Below, in pieces: positions 51,497-61,642 of a DNA stretch of 64,000 nucleotides. Below the pieces are notes generated by a model, which had not been told where the DNA came from, made no database searches, and saw only the letters and a list, made by a program, of their open reading frames with translations. Origin of the DNA: Candidatus Yanofskybacteria bacterium (GTDB taxonomy: Bacteria; Patescibacteriota; Minisyncoccia; 2-02-FULL-40-12; GWA2-44-9). Location: contig DOSG01000002.1 in assembly GCA_003514055.1 (NCBI GenBank), forward strand, positions 79,825 through 143,824, written 5' to 3'. The position numbers and the translations under genes are program-made. How positions within the stretch are numbered: position 1 is the first letter of the stretch; each line of letters opens with the position of its first letter.

Positions 51497-52495
51497 TTAC
51501 TTGTACATGGTGGCATTAACCACGGCCATGGTCTCGTCGGCATTTGACCTGGCGATAGCATTCCCTTTCTCTAAAATACTTTCTATATAATCCGGATTCT
51601 CGGTTATCTTCTTTCTATTTGTCTGGAATGTGGCTAGAAAAGAATTTACAATATCAGAGAAGGCGTCTTTGAATTCACCCATGACTTTCTCGCCTTTTAA
51701 ATGACGTCCAATAATAATATCTATTTTTTTGTGCTCGTTCTCATCGGAAGATAGCTCTTTTGCCAAGAATATATGATTTTTAAGGGCATTGCTCATTTGA
51801 CCTTCAAAAGCCGTTTCGGCTTTTTTAATTTTCTGGATTACTTCGTCTGGTGAGTCGGTTAAAAATATTGCTGTTTCTGGCGAAGTTTTACTCATTTTCC
51901 CGTCTCCCTTGAGGGATAAGATCCTAAGTGATTCGACTTGATGAGCTTTGGGTAAGGAAAATACTTCGCCGTAGTTTTTATTGAATCTACGGGCGAGTTC
52001 TCTAGTGACTTCTATGTGTGACAATTGATCTTCGCCGACAGGAATTTCTTTAGCTCGATTTATTAAAATGTCCGCGGCCATAAGCACGGGGTATAGCAAG
52101 AGTAGGGCATTGGCATTTTCTGGTTGGAGAGTGCTTTTTAGTTTCTCCTTAAGCGTGGGCACTCTTAATAATTCTGCCACTGATATTAATCTCGAGAGAA
52201 TCAGAGTTAATGAGCTGACTTGATTTGCAATGGCCGACTGTATGTATATAGTAGTTGTGTCTGGGTCTAAGCCTAGAGCGATATAATCGGCTACTACCTC
52301 ATTGGTGTATTTCTTAACAAGTGCTGGTTCATTGTCGGTGAGGGCATGTATATCGGCGACAAAAACTAGAGGTCTGTAGCCTTGAGATTGGAGCTTAACG
52401 ATAGGTTTAACGGCACCTAGATAGTTTGCAACTGTTAAATTACCTGTTGGCCTGATTCCTGTAAATATATCTACTTTATATTCTGGTTTACTCAT
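51497..52495 (-). CDS. trpS: Tryptophanyl-tRNA synthetase
   Basis: TGIRPTG.LTVANYLG, YPVLMAADIL, PVGEDQ..H, KMSKT. Confidence 0.93.
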   Translation of the reverse strand: MSKPEYKVDIFTGIRPTGNLTVANYLGAVKPIVKLQSQGYRPLVFVADIHALTDNEPALVKKYTNEVVADYIALGLDPDTTTIYIQSAIANQVSSLTLILSRLISVAELLRVPTLKEKLKSTLQPENANALLLLYPVLMAADILINRAKEIPVGEDQLSHIEVTRELARRFNKNYGEVFSLPKAHQVESLRILSLKGDGKMSKTSPETAIFLTDSPDEVIQKIKKAETAFEGQMSNALKNHIFLAKELSSDENEHKKIDIIIGRHLKGEKVMGEFKDAFSDIVNSFLATFQTNRKKITENPDYIESILEKGNAIARSNADETMAVVNATMYK

Positions 52496-52586
52496 AATAC
52501 GTTAAATGTTACCACTAAATACTTGTCGGGTCTATGTATAAAATATTAGGAAGTTAAAAATTGTGATAATATTGATTTAGATCTCC

Positions 52587-52889
52587 TTGCAAGGTGTCAT
52601 CATGATCCGTTTTGATAAAACTGGCAGAACGGTGACGATATATCAAGACGATGAATACATTGGGTGTATCCCGCACTTAAACAAGAATCTTGTAATTGGT
52701 GGCGTGACTATAAGTCCAGCCGATCTCCGCTTGGTTACTAGGCGACTGGCTTTCGAGCGAGGAGAGGTCATTTGCGATTGCTGTGGTGAAATAGCAAAAT
52801 TTGCCGAACATAGGCCAGCGCATGATGCTTATGATTGTGCCGCATGCGAGAATAGAATTTTGGTTAAGAGAGAGTGGGCAACCGGCTAA
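52587..52889 (+). CDS. Zn-ribbon hypothetical protein
   Basis: CDCC..CAAC; start uncertain. Confidence 0.5.
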   Translation: MQGVIMIRFDKTGRTVTIYQDDEYIGCIPHLNKNLVIGGVTISPADLRLVTRRLAFERGEVICDCCGEIAKFAEHRPAHDAYDCAACENRILVKREWATG

Positions 52890-52957
52890 TGCCGGTTTTA
52901 TTTACACGTCCACGACGTTCTGATATAAGGGTAGTAGATCATTAACAGACGGAACGG

Positions 52958-53611
52958 ATGGGTGTGACCATGAACGCTTCGACACGAAGCGCCGTGATTA
53001 GTCTTGACCAGGGAATAGGTGGCACTTTGGGGATAAAGACTTTCTTTTCCGATCATGGCTTACGAAGAGCCTGGGAAAGATCGTCGATAATAACCATTCC
53101 AGAGATGATTAGAATATTAGATACTGGCCTTTACGTGCCAGTGGGTTACGAAGATGGAACCAAGAAAGAGCATCGCCTTTTTTATAGCATAGATGACCGG
53201 TTCCACTTGGTGGCCGTTCAAGATAGGATCAATCATGAGGTGATTACAATCCTTGGACCTCGGTTTAGATTTAGAATAACCGATGAAGCTATGCGCGCAG
53301 CTATGCAGATGATCGAGCGGAGCCCAATAGAAATATCTAAAGCAGAGCGATACGGTAATTACTATGTGACTTGTAGGGCGTATAGTAACGAATTTAGACA
53401 AGAGATCAATCACAAATTGTTAGCTTGTTCGATAGCTGATTACGGTAATATAAAATCGTTGATGAACAGCCGAATGTTTAAAGATGATCTCGTGACAGCA
53501 CTTAAGAAGAAGAATCTGCAGAGACTGATAAAGGTAATATATATAAGTAAGACTAGATCGGGCAAGCCTCGTCCGTATACGCTAAATGAAGTGTTTGGCT
53601 CCAATAGTTAA
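52958..53611 (+). CDS. Hypothetical protein (RelE/BrnT-like N-terminal pattern)
   Basis: FSDHG.RRA.ER ... EVITI. Confidence 0.55.
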   Translation: MGVTMNASTRSAVISLDQGIGGTLGIKTFFSDHGLRRAWERSSIITIPEMIRILDTGLYVPVGYEDGTKKEHRLFYSIDDRFHLVAVQDRINHEVITILGPRFRFRITDEAMRAAMQMIERSPIEISKAERYGNYYVTCRAYSNEFRQEINHKLLACSIADYGNIKSLMNSRMFKDDLVTALKKKNLQRLIKVIYISKTRSGKPRPYTLNEVFGSNS

Positions 53612-53674
53612 CCCGCCTATTCTGGCGGATTTTAGTTGCTCAAATCGTAAGTTTGATAATATAATGTAAATCTC

Positions 53675-54376
53675 ATGCCTAGCCTGAACGATGCGAAAAA
53701 ACGATTAAGGGTCAAAGCGGACCCGATTAAGGCAAAAATATTGCAAGGGTTTTTCAAGACAGCTAAGGGTGAATATGGTTATGGTGATTTATTTCTGGGT
53801 GTTACTGTGCCGGAAATAAGAAAAATCGCCGTGGCCAGCGAGGGACTTAGTCTGCCCAGCATAGAGAGACTGCTACATTCTAAAATTCATGAAGAAAGGC
53901 TTCTAGCCTTGTTGATTTTGGTTAATGCCTACGGATTGGCTGATAATTCTGGCAAGCATACGATATGTAAATTTTATATTTCGAACCGTCGATCTATCAA
54001 TAATTGGGATCTAGTAGATCTGTCGGCTCCTAAAATTGTCGGAGATTATCTGTTGGGTAGAAATAAAAAAGCCTTACATAGGCTAGCTATTTCCGAGAAC
54101 TTATGGGATCGACGAATTTCTATAATCTCTACTTATTCTTTTATTAGAAAAAATAAATTCTCAGAAACCCTAAAGATAGCTAGGATTTTATTAGGCGATG
54201 ATCACGATCTTATTCATAAGGCCGTGGGTTGGATGCTACGCGAAGTTGGGAATAGATCGAGGTCGACCGAAGAACTATTTTTAAAAAAACACTATAAGCA
54301 AATGCCAAGAACGATGCTGCGCTATGCCATTGAGAAGTTTCCAGAGAAGTTGAGGATAAAATATTTGGCTAGATAG
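53675..54376 (+). CDS. DNA alkylation repair protein (AlkD-like)
   Basis: FLGVTVP, NNWDLVD, DLIHKAVGWMLRE, MPRTMLRYAIE. Confidence 0.9.
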   Translation: MPSLNDAKKRLRVKADPIKAKILQGFFKTAKGEYGYGDLFLGVTVPEIRKIAVASEGLSLPSIERLLHSKIHEERLLALLILVNAYGLADNSGKHTICKFYISNRRSINNWDLVDLSAPKIVGDYLLGRNKKALHRLAISENLWDRRISIISTYSFIRKNKFSETLKIARILLGDDHDLIHKAVGWMLREVGNRSRSTEELFLKKHYKQMPRTMLRYAIEKFPEKLRIKYLAR

Positions 54377-54432
54377 CCAGGGCTTTCTCTTGGGATTTTT
54401 GATAGGGCATTAAAGTAGTGTAGAATTAGAGA

Positions 54433-56715
54433 GTGGAGAGAAGAAATCTCGAAAAATATGATCCGGTAAAACCGGAAGATCTACGTAAGCGGGAACTTTT
54501 TGATTTACTGGCGGATGCTCAGAAGAAGGCTGAGTTAGAAAAAATAATGGCCAGAGCGCAAATGGAAAATTGCGATTCTTTTCATACTCTAGCCGCTAGA
54601 GAAGATAACCAGGAGAAGAAGGAGGCCCTGCTATTGGCAATAAAAGTGTCTGAAAGAGTTAAGGAGCTGGGCGGCGTGGCTATGGTGGCCGGCGGCTATG
54701 CCCGCGATGCGGTTATGGCTAAGCTGGGGATGGGTAGACCATCGAAAGATATCGACTTAGAAATATATGGTGTTGAATTGGCCGTACTTGAATCTGAGCT
54801 CTCCAATCTTGGCGTAGTGAATAAAGTTGGTCAGTCGTTCGGAGTTTTGAAAATAGGAGAATTAGATATAGCTATCCCTAGGCGCGATTCAAAAACTGGG
54901 GATGGGCACAGAGGTTTTGATGTTGAGGGGGATCCAAATATGTTAATGGTAGATGCCGCGCGCAGGCGAGACTTTACAATAAACGCCATGCTGCTTAATC
55001 CGTTGACTGGCGAAGTAATTGATTATTATGGTGGGGTAGAGGATATAAAAGAAAAAACTATCAAGATTGTTGACCCCAAGACTTTTGCCGATGATCCGCT
55101 TAGGGTATTGAGGGCGGCGCAATTCGCTGGAAGATTTGGTTTTGGTATCGACCTCGAAACCGTAAAAATTTGTAGGGATATGAGCGTAGAGCAATTGCCC
55201 AAGGAAAGAGTCGGAGAGGAATGGATAAAATTATTATTAAAATCCGATAGGCCCAGTATCGGACTTGAGGCCATGAGATGGCTGGGAGTCATTGAAAAAT
55301 TGCACCCCGAATTAGCCGCGTTAGTTGGTGTGCCGCAGAATCCTGAGTATCACCCTGAGGGCGACGTATGGAATCATGTGAAAATAGTATTAGATACTGC
55401 ATCTGAAATATGTAGAAGAGAAGGCCTGGATCAGGTGGCTGCTAAGACTTTAATGCTGGCCGCCTTATGTCACGACTTGGGAAAACCAGAGAAAACGACG
55501 ACTGATGAAAATGGTCGTATTATATCTCATGACCACGATGATGCCGGTGTTGAGCCTACCAAAAGCCTGCTAAGCAATTTCAATATTCCAAAAGATCTGA
55601 TAACGAGAGTGGCCGCATTAGTTAAGAATCACATGAAGCCGTTAATGACGAGAGAAGTGACAGATCATGGCGTGCGACGCTTGGCCGATAAATTGTCTCC
55701 AGCGACTATAAAGGAGGCGGTATTATTAACTGAAGCCGATTTGATGGGGCTTAGTAGGTATCCTTTCCTCGGTCCTGAAATACTTGAGAAAGCCGATGAG
55801 CTTGCCATTAAAGAATCAAAGCCTCAATCAATTATATCTGGCAAGATGTTAATTGAGTTGGGCCTTAAGCCGGGTCCAGAGATGGGTCAAGTTTTGAAAA
55901 AGCTCTTTCAGCTGCAACTTGATGGTAAATTCGTGGATATAGAGGGAGGGATGAGATATGCTCATTTGGAAAAATTCATTACTGAATCGCTAGGAAAGAA
56001 CATAGCGCCGGAATTGCTTCTGAATGGTGAGCAATTAACAAAAGAAGATATGGTCGGATACGTTGAACAGAGATTACTAGATGAAGGAACCCAAGATATG
56101 GGGACTTTAGTGATGACCATGATTCTAATGGGCAAAGAGTTACCGCTGATCTTAGAAAGGAATAAGAAGGCTATCTTAACGGCCCACAAGTACGGCCCGA
56201 TATGGTTTTCACATTTAGATCGTGAATTTTACGAGACATCATGGAAGTCATTCTATGGTCAATTTGAGGCCGGAGGTGATACGACAATGGCGCCACTCAG
56301 AAAGTTGACGTATGATAAGCAACTTGATAGGGGACTAGAGTTAATCCTTCGTTCCGATTTAGAATCAATTGATATTTATAAAAAGAGTTTAGACACAAAT
56401 CCAGTTGAGTCATCTGGCATCTTTGCTCTATACGAAACCGATGAGTACCCGTTTGAATTTGGCATGCTCTCCGGTTTCAGAATCATGATTCAATTTAATC
56501 CGACCAAAAAGCGGCTATCGGTTTCGGTACTGGATGAAAATACGGATAGAGTCGCCGATATCGATAGAGAGATACGAGACTTAATCCCAGACTTGGCCGA
56601 GGCCAGGAAGGTCGGCTACTTAACCATGGACTATAAAACAGATGGAACCTCTTTCAACATGGCTGACGCTAGAGAGATTTATGTAAAATTGTCGAATCAT
56701 CTAAGGATTAACTAA
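54433..56715 (+). CDS. cca: tRNA nucleotidyltransferase (CCA-adding) with HD domain and long C-terminal extension
   Basis: GGYARD..DIDLE, RRDFTINA, DDPLRVLRA, HPEGDVW.H, HDLGK. Confidence 0.85.
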   Translation: MERRNLEKYDPVKPEDLRKRELFDLLADAQKKAELEKIMARAQMENCDSFHTLAAREDNQEKKEALLLAIKVSERVKELGGVAMVAGGYARDAVMAKLGMGRPSKDIDLEIYGVELAVLESELSNLGVVNKVGQSFGVLKIGELDIAIPRRDSKTGDGHRGFDVEGDPNMLMVDAARRRDFTINAMLLNPLTGEVIDYYGGVEDIKEKTIKIVDPKTFADDPLRVLRAAQFAGRFGFGIDLETVKICRDMSVEQLPKERVGEEWIKLLLKSDRPSIGLEAMRWLGVIEKLHPELAALVGVPQNPEYHPEGDVWNHVKIVLDTASEICRREGLDQVAAKTLMLAALCHDLGKPEKTTTDENGRIISHDHDDAGVEPTKSLLSNFNIPKDLITRVAALVKNHMKPLMTREVTDHGVRRLADKLSPATIKEAVLLTEADLMGLSRYPFLGPEILEKADELAIKESKPQSIISGKMLIELGLKPGPEMGQVLKKLFQLQLDGKFVDIEGGMRYAHLEKFITESLGKNIAPELLLNGEQLTKEDMVGYVEQRLLDEGTQDMGTLVMTMILMGKELPLILERNKKAILTAHKYGPIWFSHLDREFYETSWKSFYGQFEAGGDTTMAPLRKLTYDKQLDRGLELILRSDLESIDIYKKSLDTNPVESSGIFALYETDEYPFEFGMLSGFRIMIQFNPTKKRLSVSVLDENTDRVADIDREIRDLIPDLAEARKVGYLTMDYKTDGTSFNMADAREIYVKLSNHLRIN

Positions 56716-57039
56716 ATGGATATAAAAAAACTGTCTAAAATAACTAAGGAGATAAAATCAGCTTATGCCGAACTGAATCGAAAGAAGGGTAGGCCTGTTT
56801 TTAAAGTTAAAGATTATTCTGATGTTTTCGTTGGCGATGTCGGTGATCTGGTTAAATTTTTGGGTAGTTATTCAAGGCGACCGAGCAAGGAGATTCTCAA
56901 GAAGATAGAACATGAACTAGCCGATTGTCTTTGGTCTGTCCTGGTAATATCAGATGAGTTGGGAGTTGATATTGAGAAAGAGTTTCTGATTAACATGGAA
57001 TATTTAAAACAGAAATATTTCGAGAAAAAGAGCAAATAA
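56716..57039 (+). CDS. MazG-like nucleotide pyrophosphohydrolase
   Basis: GDVGDL..HELADCLWSVLVI. Confidence 0.75.
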   Translation: MDIKKLSKITKEIKSAYAELNRKKGRPVFKVKDYSDVFVGDVGDLVKFLGSYSRRPSKEILKKIEHELADCLWSVLVISDELGVDIEKEFLINMEYLKQKYFEKKSK

Positions 57040-57138
57040 TAGCGAGTAAAACGCCGCCCCGCTTAGCGGGGCGGCGTTTTACTATTCTCTCCAATTGTTC
57101 TATATTCTCCCCAGATCATTTACAAGTAGGAGCTTGCC

Positions 57139-58866
57139 ATGCGTTATCTTAACGAATCAAACATTAGGCCCGTGGCTGATCTTCTTGGCGAGGTGGTCCA
57201 GGAAAAGGATCTGAATATCGGTATATATTTTTCTGGCGATGCTATGAGCTTTCGACGACTAGGCTGGTCCGTGGGTAATGTTGCTGCTTATGTTTCCGAT
57301 GCGACTAAGGTTGGTTCCCGAGTGGCCATTATGTTGCCCAACTGTCCACAGTTTGTGATAGCTTACCTGGCGACATTATCGGCCGGGAGAACGGTTGTGC
57401 CTATCAATTTTATTACAATCAAGGAGCGTCTTGAGGCTCGGCAGAGCGTTAATGAAATAATGCCCACGGAAAAGATAGTCCATCAAATAATGGACTCTAG
57501 GCCAAGTTTAATTTTTGTAGCCGATTTTCTGTATCCAGTTTTAATGAAGATAAAGCCGAACTGGCCGATGACCATAGTCGTCGTCGATGTTATTGACGGA
57601 ATCCCTGCGGCCTTACGGCCAGCTGCTAGACTTATTGCATGGAAAAATAATCGGCGAGCTAATATCTCTGGAATTTACGAAACCTTCACCGATATCGTTG
57701 AAGGTAACCATAAATATCCTCAGGTCAATTTTAACCCCGACGATGTCGCAATCATCCAGTATACGGGAGGAACTACCGGATTACAGAAGGGCGCAGTTCT
57801 TACTTACAGAAATATTCTATCGAATATGTGGCAAATGATGGAGATAATTAGTCCTTTCGTCAAAGAAGGTCAAGAAGTTATGCTGGGAACGCTACCGTTC
57901 TTTCATATCTATGGGCTAGCCGTCTGCATCAATGCTTGTCTCATCGGTCTGAAATCTCCGTTGGTAATCATTCCAACTATAAATCCTAAAGATATCGTTA
58001 AAAGAATTAAGTCGCACAGGATTACAATTTTCCCGAGCATAAACAGAGTCTTCAAAGATGTGGCCGCCTTAAATAATAAGTTCGATCTAGCTCATATGTT
58101 GGCATCTCTTAGGCTGTGCATTAGCGGTGCTGGGCCTATTGATGAATCTATTGTTCAAGATTTCCAACGTTTTACTAAGGTCAAGATCCTTCGTGCCTAT
58201 GGTCTATCAGAAGCATCTCCGGCTGTTTCGGTTTGCTTGCCAGGAAGTATACAGCCAAACAATACGCGTGGAAGCATGATAGGTACCCTAGTCCCAGGCA
58301 CTAAGGTGAAGATCATAGATTTTGACGATAAGGAGATTAATGATGGTGGAGTCGGCATCATTTGGGTCAATGGTCCTCAGGTTATGAAGGGCTATTGGGA
58401 TAACGATAGCGAAACGGCGGGAGCTCTAGCAACTATTGATGACGAGATTTGGCTGAAGACTGGTGACCTGGGCTACGTATTAAATGGTCAGCTTTTCTTC
58501 GCCGGCCGACAGAAGCACATGGCCACCATAAACGCCGAGAACATATATCACTGCGACGTTGAGAGGTATATACAAGCATTAGACGGCATATATGGCGTAG
58601 CACTAGCGACTATCCCTGACAAAAAGTCTGGTGAAGCTATTGCGGCGGTAATCGCCTTCAAGGACGATCACCCAAAAGATAGCGGCGTTACTGAAAGAAT
58701 AAAGACTCGACTTGCAGATATAGCCGTGAATAGATATCATATTCCGAAAGAGATTATTATTGTGACTCCGAAAGAATTTGATACCCTCAAGAATGAACTT
58801 GGTAAAGTGGACGAAGCCCACCTAAGCGGCTTCGTTGCTCGTCGTTTACGGATTCAAATGTCCTGA
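57139..58866 (+). CDS. AMP-dependent (long-chain) acyl-CoA ligase
   Basis: QYTGGTTG.QKG, LPFFHIYG, YGLSEASP, GPQVMKGYW, KTGDLG. Confidence 0.9.
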   Translation: MRYLNESNIRPVADLLGEVVQEKDLNIGIYFSGDAMSFRRLGWSVGNVAAYVSDATKVGSRVAIMLPNCPQFVIAYLATLSAGRTVVPINFITIKERLEARQSVNEIMPTEKIVHQIMDSRPSLIFVADFLYPVLMKIKPNWPMTIVVVDVIDGIPAALRPAARLIAWKNNRRANISGIYETFTDIVEGNHKYPQVNFNPDDVAIIQYTGGTTGLQKGAVLTYRNILSNMWQMMEIISPFVKEGQEVMLGTLPFFHIYGLAVCINACLIGLKSPLVIIPTINPKDIVKRIKSHRITIFPSINRVFKDVAALNNKFDLAHMLASLRLCISGAGPIDESIVQDFQRFTKVKILRAYGLSEASPAVSVCLPGSIQPNNTRGSMIGTLVPGTKVKIIDFDDKEINDGGVGIIWVNGPQVMKGYWDNDSETAGALATIDDEIWLKTGDLGYVLNGQLFFAGRQKHMATINAENIYHCDVERYIQALDGIYGVALATIPDKKSGEAIAAVIAFKDDHPKDSGVTERIKTRLADIAVNRYHIPKEIIIVTPKEFDTLKNELGKVDEAHLSGFVARRLRIQMS

Positions 58867-58943
58867 CCGGCACGCTAGTGCCGGTTTTATTTTGTTCACA
58901 ATCTATTATAATTATGCCAGCATCTTCAAAAGAGGCGATTTAT

Positions 58944-59462
58944 ATGAGGAACATGACTGTTGGTATTATGTTCTTTCTGGCGTTATCTCTGGGCGAGGTC
59001 ACGTTAGCTCAAGAAAGTAGTCTTTCTATTAGAATAAAGTTGTCGGAGTTTAGGCTGGATGTATATGATGGCGATATCATAATTGCCAACTTCGATATAG
59101 CCACGCCAGCGGTTATGCCCAAGAACCTACCAGTAGAGGCGTTGATAAGAAATTTCGAAATGAATCCGCGCTGGTATCCAACAGAGTTGACTAGAGAGTA
59201 TTATCTTAAAAGAAGGGGCATAGCCCTGCCCAAAGTATTAGAGTTTGGTGATCCAAGAAATGCTATGGGTCGGGCAATTATCAGGCTAGATTTTATCAAG
59301 CCCGGTGTGATGCCTAGCGCTGTTGCGATTCACGGTACGAATGATGAGAAATCTATCGGTACTTCGATTTCGAGGGGCTGCATAAGAATGCGCAATGTCG
59401 ACGTAGAAGGATTGGTGAATCTAATAGGTCGAAATAAAGCGAGAGTTATCTTCGAAAAATAA
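58944..59462 (+). CDS. L,D-transpeptidase (YkuD)
   Basis: IHGTN....IG...SRGCIRM. Confidence 0.88.
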   Translation: MRNMTVGIMFFLALSLGEVTLAQESSLSIRIKLSEFRLDVYDGDIIIANFDIATPAVMPKNLPVEALIRNFEMNPRWYPTELTREYYLKRRGIALPKVLEFGDPRNAMGRAIIRLDFIKPGVMPSAVAIHGTNDEKSIGTSISRGCIRMRNVDVEGLVNLIGRNKARVIFEK

Positions 59463-59491
59463 AACCGGCTGACGCCGGTTTTTAATTTATT

Positions 59492-59679
59492 GAGGGCTGG
59501 GATTTGGTAAAGAGCCAGATTCGACCGTAACTATTGGAGGAGTGTAATAGAAGTATGACCTTATGCCACGGTAGAGGGCCTGGTAGTATCCTTGCCAGAA
59601 ACAGAACATGACTACTATTAATGCGAAAGCTAGCCACCCTGATAATCTTTTGTTCTCGTCGGTCATCGCCTTATCCTTG
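59492..59679. ncRNA. Putative 6S-like rod-shaped RNA
   Basis: ~190 nt; GACCG(59523)/CGGTC(59660) and TAATAGAAGTATG(59545)/CATGACTACTATTA(59607) pairings flanking an internal bubble. Confidence 0.4.
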
Positions 59680-59777
59680 CTTTTTTGTGAAGTATTCTTG
59701 GCTAAGTATCAATCTTTTATTTGTAAATTGCAAGTCCATCTGCTAAAATTAATGCTAGTAAATTAATCTAAAAAAGT

Positions 59778-60548
59778 ATGGATGAAATAAATAATAATTT
59801 GCCAATTGGGAATGACAGCGGGGCGTCACTCAAGGATATTCCACCCAAGCCATTTTGGGATGGAATTAGCCCGAACACAATGATAATCTCCGGTGCGATT
59901 GTCATCGCTGGATTACTAATAGGTCTAGCAGTAATTTATTCGAATGGTGGATTCAAGGGGCTTCTTGACGATAGTGGCCAAGCTGCAGAATTGCCTTCGT
60001 CGGCTAGCTTAATTGATGATGACACTATACTTGGCGAAAAAAAGGCTAAACTAACGATTGTTGAGTTTAGTGATTTTCAGTGTCCTTATTGCAGAAAATT
60101 CTGGCAAGATACTCTTCCTCAGATTAAGAAAGAATATATAGACACTGGCAAAGTAAATTTCGTATACAGAGATTATCCATTATCTATACATCCTATGGCC
60201 AATCCGTCGGCCGAGGCAACTGAATGTGCCGATGAGCAGGGTAAGTATTGGCAGATGAACGATAAGATATTCGCGGAACAAGTCAAAAAAGGTGAAGGTA
60301 CAGTTCAGTATACTCTTAATGAAATTAAGAAATGGGCTGGCGAGATAGGCTTAGATACTAAAACATTTAACTCGTGCTTAGATACGCGCAAATTCAAGAA
60401 TGAAATTGCCAAAGACTTGAGTGACGGCACCGCTCAGGGGGTAGAAGGCACGCCAGCATTCTTCATAGGCTCGCAAGTAATGTCCGGAGCTTATCCATTC
60501 GCACAATTCAAGATGATCATCGATGAGGAATTGGCTAAAGTAAAGTAG
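59778..60548 (+). CDS. DsbA/BdbD-family thioredoxin
   Basis: EFSDFQCPYC, GVEGTP. Confidence 0.92.
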   Translation: MDEINNNLPIGNDSGASLKDIPPKPFWDGISPNTMIISGAIVIAGLLIGLAVIYSNGGFKGLLDDSGQAAELPSSASLIDDDTILGEKKAKLTIVEFSDFQCPYCRKFWQDTLPQIKKEYIDTGKVNFVYRDYPLSIHPMANPSAEATECADEQGKYWQMNDKIFAEQVKKGEGTVQYTLNEIKKWAGEIGLDTKTFNSCLDTRKFKNEIAKDLSDGTAQGVEGTPAFFIGSQVMSGAYPFAQFKMIIDEELAKVK

Positions 60549-60734
60549 CCGCTCCGCCTCAAGCCTACGACTCGACCGATAGTTGTCCGCCTCCTGCGGG
60601 CGTCCACTGTCTACACTCTCGGCCCTCGGAAGATCCTATCCTTTATTAACTCTGATAGAGAATAATGATTCAGCCCTCGGGCCTGCGAGAGTTCTCGCTG
60701 TAGGCTTGGGCCTTCGTTTAATTAACAATGCTAA

Positions 60735-60888
60735 GACTTGGGATGTGGATTTCGAGAGGCCCGCGCAGGCTCGACTACGCCGTCTCGGAGGGATGGTGCT
60801 TTAGCCCATCCTCCAAGTCTCTGTAGGGAGAGGGTGATTTTTCAACAGAAAAATACAGCCCGTACTCGAGAAAGCCATATTCCAAGTC
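60735..60888. repeat. Structured repeat element; partial inverted copy at 63961-64000
   Basis: Terminal pairing GACTTGGGA/TTCCAAGTC; 60833-60872 matches the reverse complement of 63961-64000 at 34/40. Confidence 0.65.
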
Positions 60889-60904
60889 GGTCAAGCATAA
60901 CGAC

Positions 60905-61453
60905 ATGAGAGAGAAGGCTTTAAAATTGTTGAATGAGAAAATAGTGAATACTAACATGAAGAAGCACTCACTAGCCGTGGGTGCTATTATGTTTGCCTTA
61001 GCTGAACATTTCGGCGAGAATGAACAGGATTGGGAGGTGGCTGGAATATTGCACGATATTGATTACGAGGAGACAAATAAGGAATTGGATAAGCACTCAA
61101 TCTTAGGATCTAAATATGTTGAGGAGGCGGGTTTTTCGAAAGAGATTGCTCGCGCAGTTTTAACTCATAATGTTATGCACGGTATCCCAGCCGAGACTAG
61201 ATTCGAGAAAGCACTGGTGGCCGCGGATCCGATGTCGGGCCTTATCACTGCCGCGGCACTAGTCCTGCCATCTAAAAAATTGGCTGACGTCAAATCAGAG
61301 AGTATAGTCAATCGTTTCCATGAAAAGAGTTTTGCCAAGGGTGCGAATCGTGACTGTATTAGGGTTTGTGAGCAGATCGACTTATCGTTGGAAAAATTCG
61401 CAGAGATCTCCCTTGTAGCCATGCAATCTATCTCAGATCAGCTAGGTTTGTAG
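60905..61453 (+). CDS. HD (HDIG) domain phosphohydrolase
   Basis: KHSLAV, LHDIDYE, FAKGANR. Confidence 0.85.
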   Translation: MREKALKLLNEKIVNTNMKKHSLAVGAIMFALAEHFGENEQDWEVAGILHDIDYEETNKELDKHSILGSKYVEEAGFSKEIARAVLTHNVMHGIPAETRFEKALVAADPMSGLITAAALVLPSKKLADVKSESIVNRFHEKSFAKGANRDCIRVCEQIDLSLEKFAEISLVAMQSISDQLGL

Positions 61454-61642
61454 ATGGATATCGAGGCATTTGCTATTTTGGCGAGAAGTATGTTATAATA
61501 GGTTTACAGTAGGTTTTCTCGATAGTCTCTCTAAGTTTCTTAGCGGGGGCGCGGGAGGTCGTCCTACAAATAAATAGATATATTTGCGCAAAGATGAGTG
61601 GCTAATTATATGCCACGCGTTGATCTCGCAGATAAAATATAA

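Noticed and set aside
59492-59760. tmRNA or RNase P RNA (GGGCTG..GATTCGAC; ACAGAACATG)
   Set aside because: No tRNA-like 3' end with T-loop/CCA, no convincing tag peptide, and no GAGGAAAGTC P4 strand.
60583-60804. 73-aa ORF after dsbA
   Set aside because: TTG start without RBS and atypical composition; it spans the structured non-coding elements.
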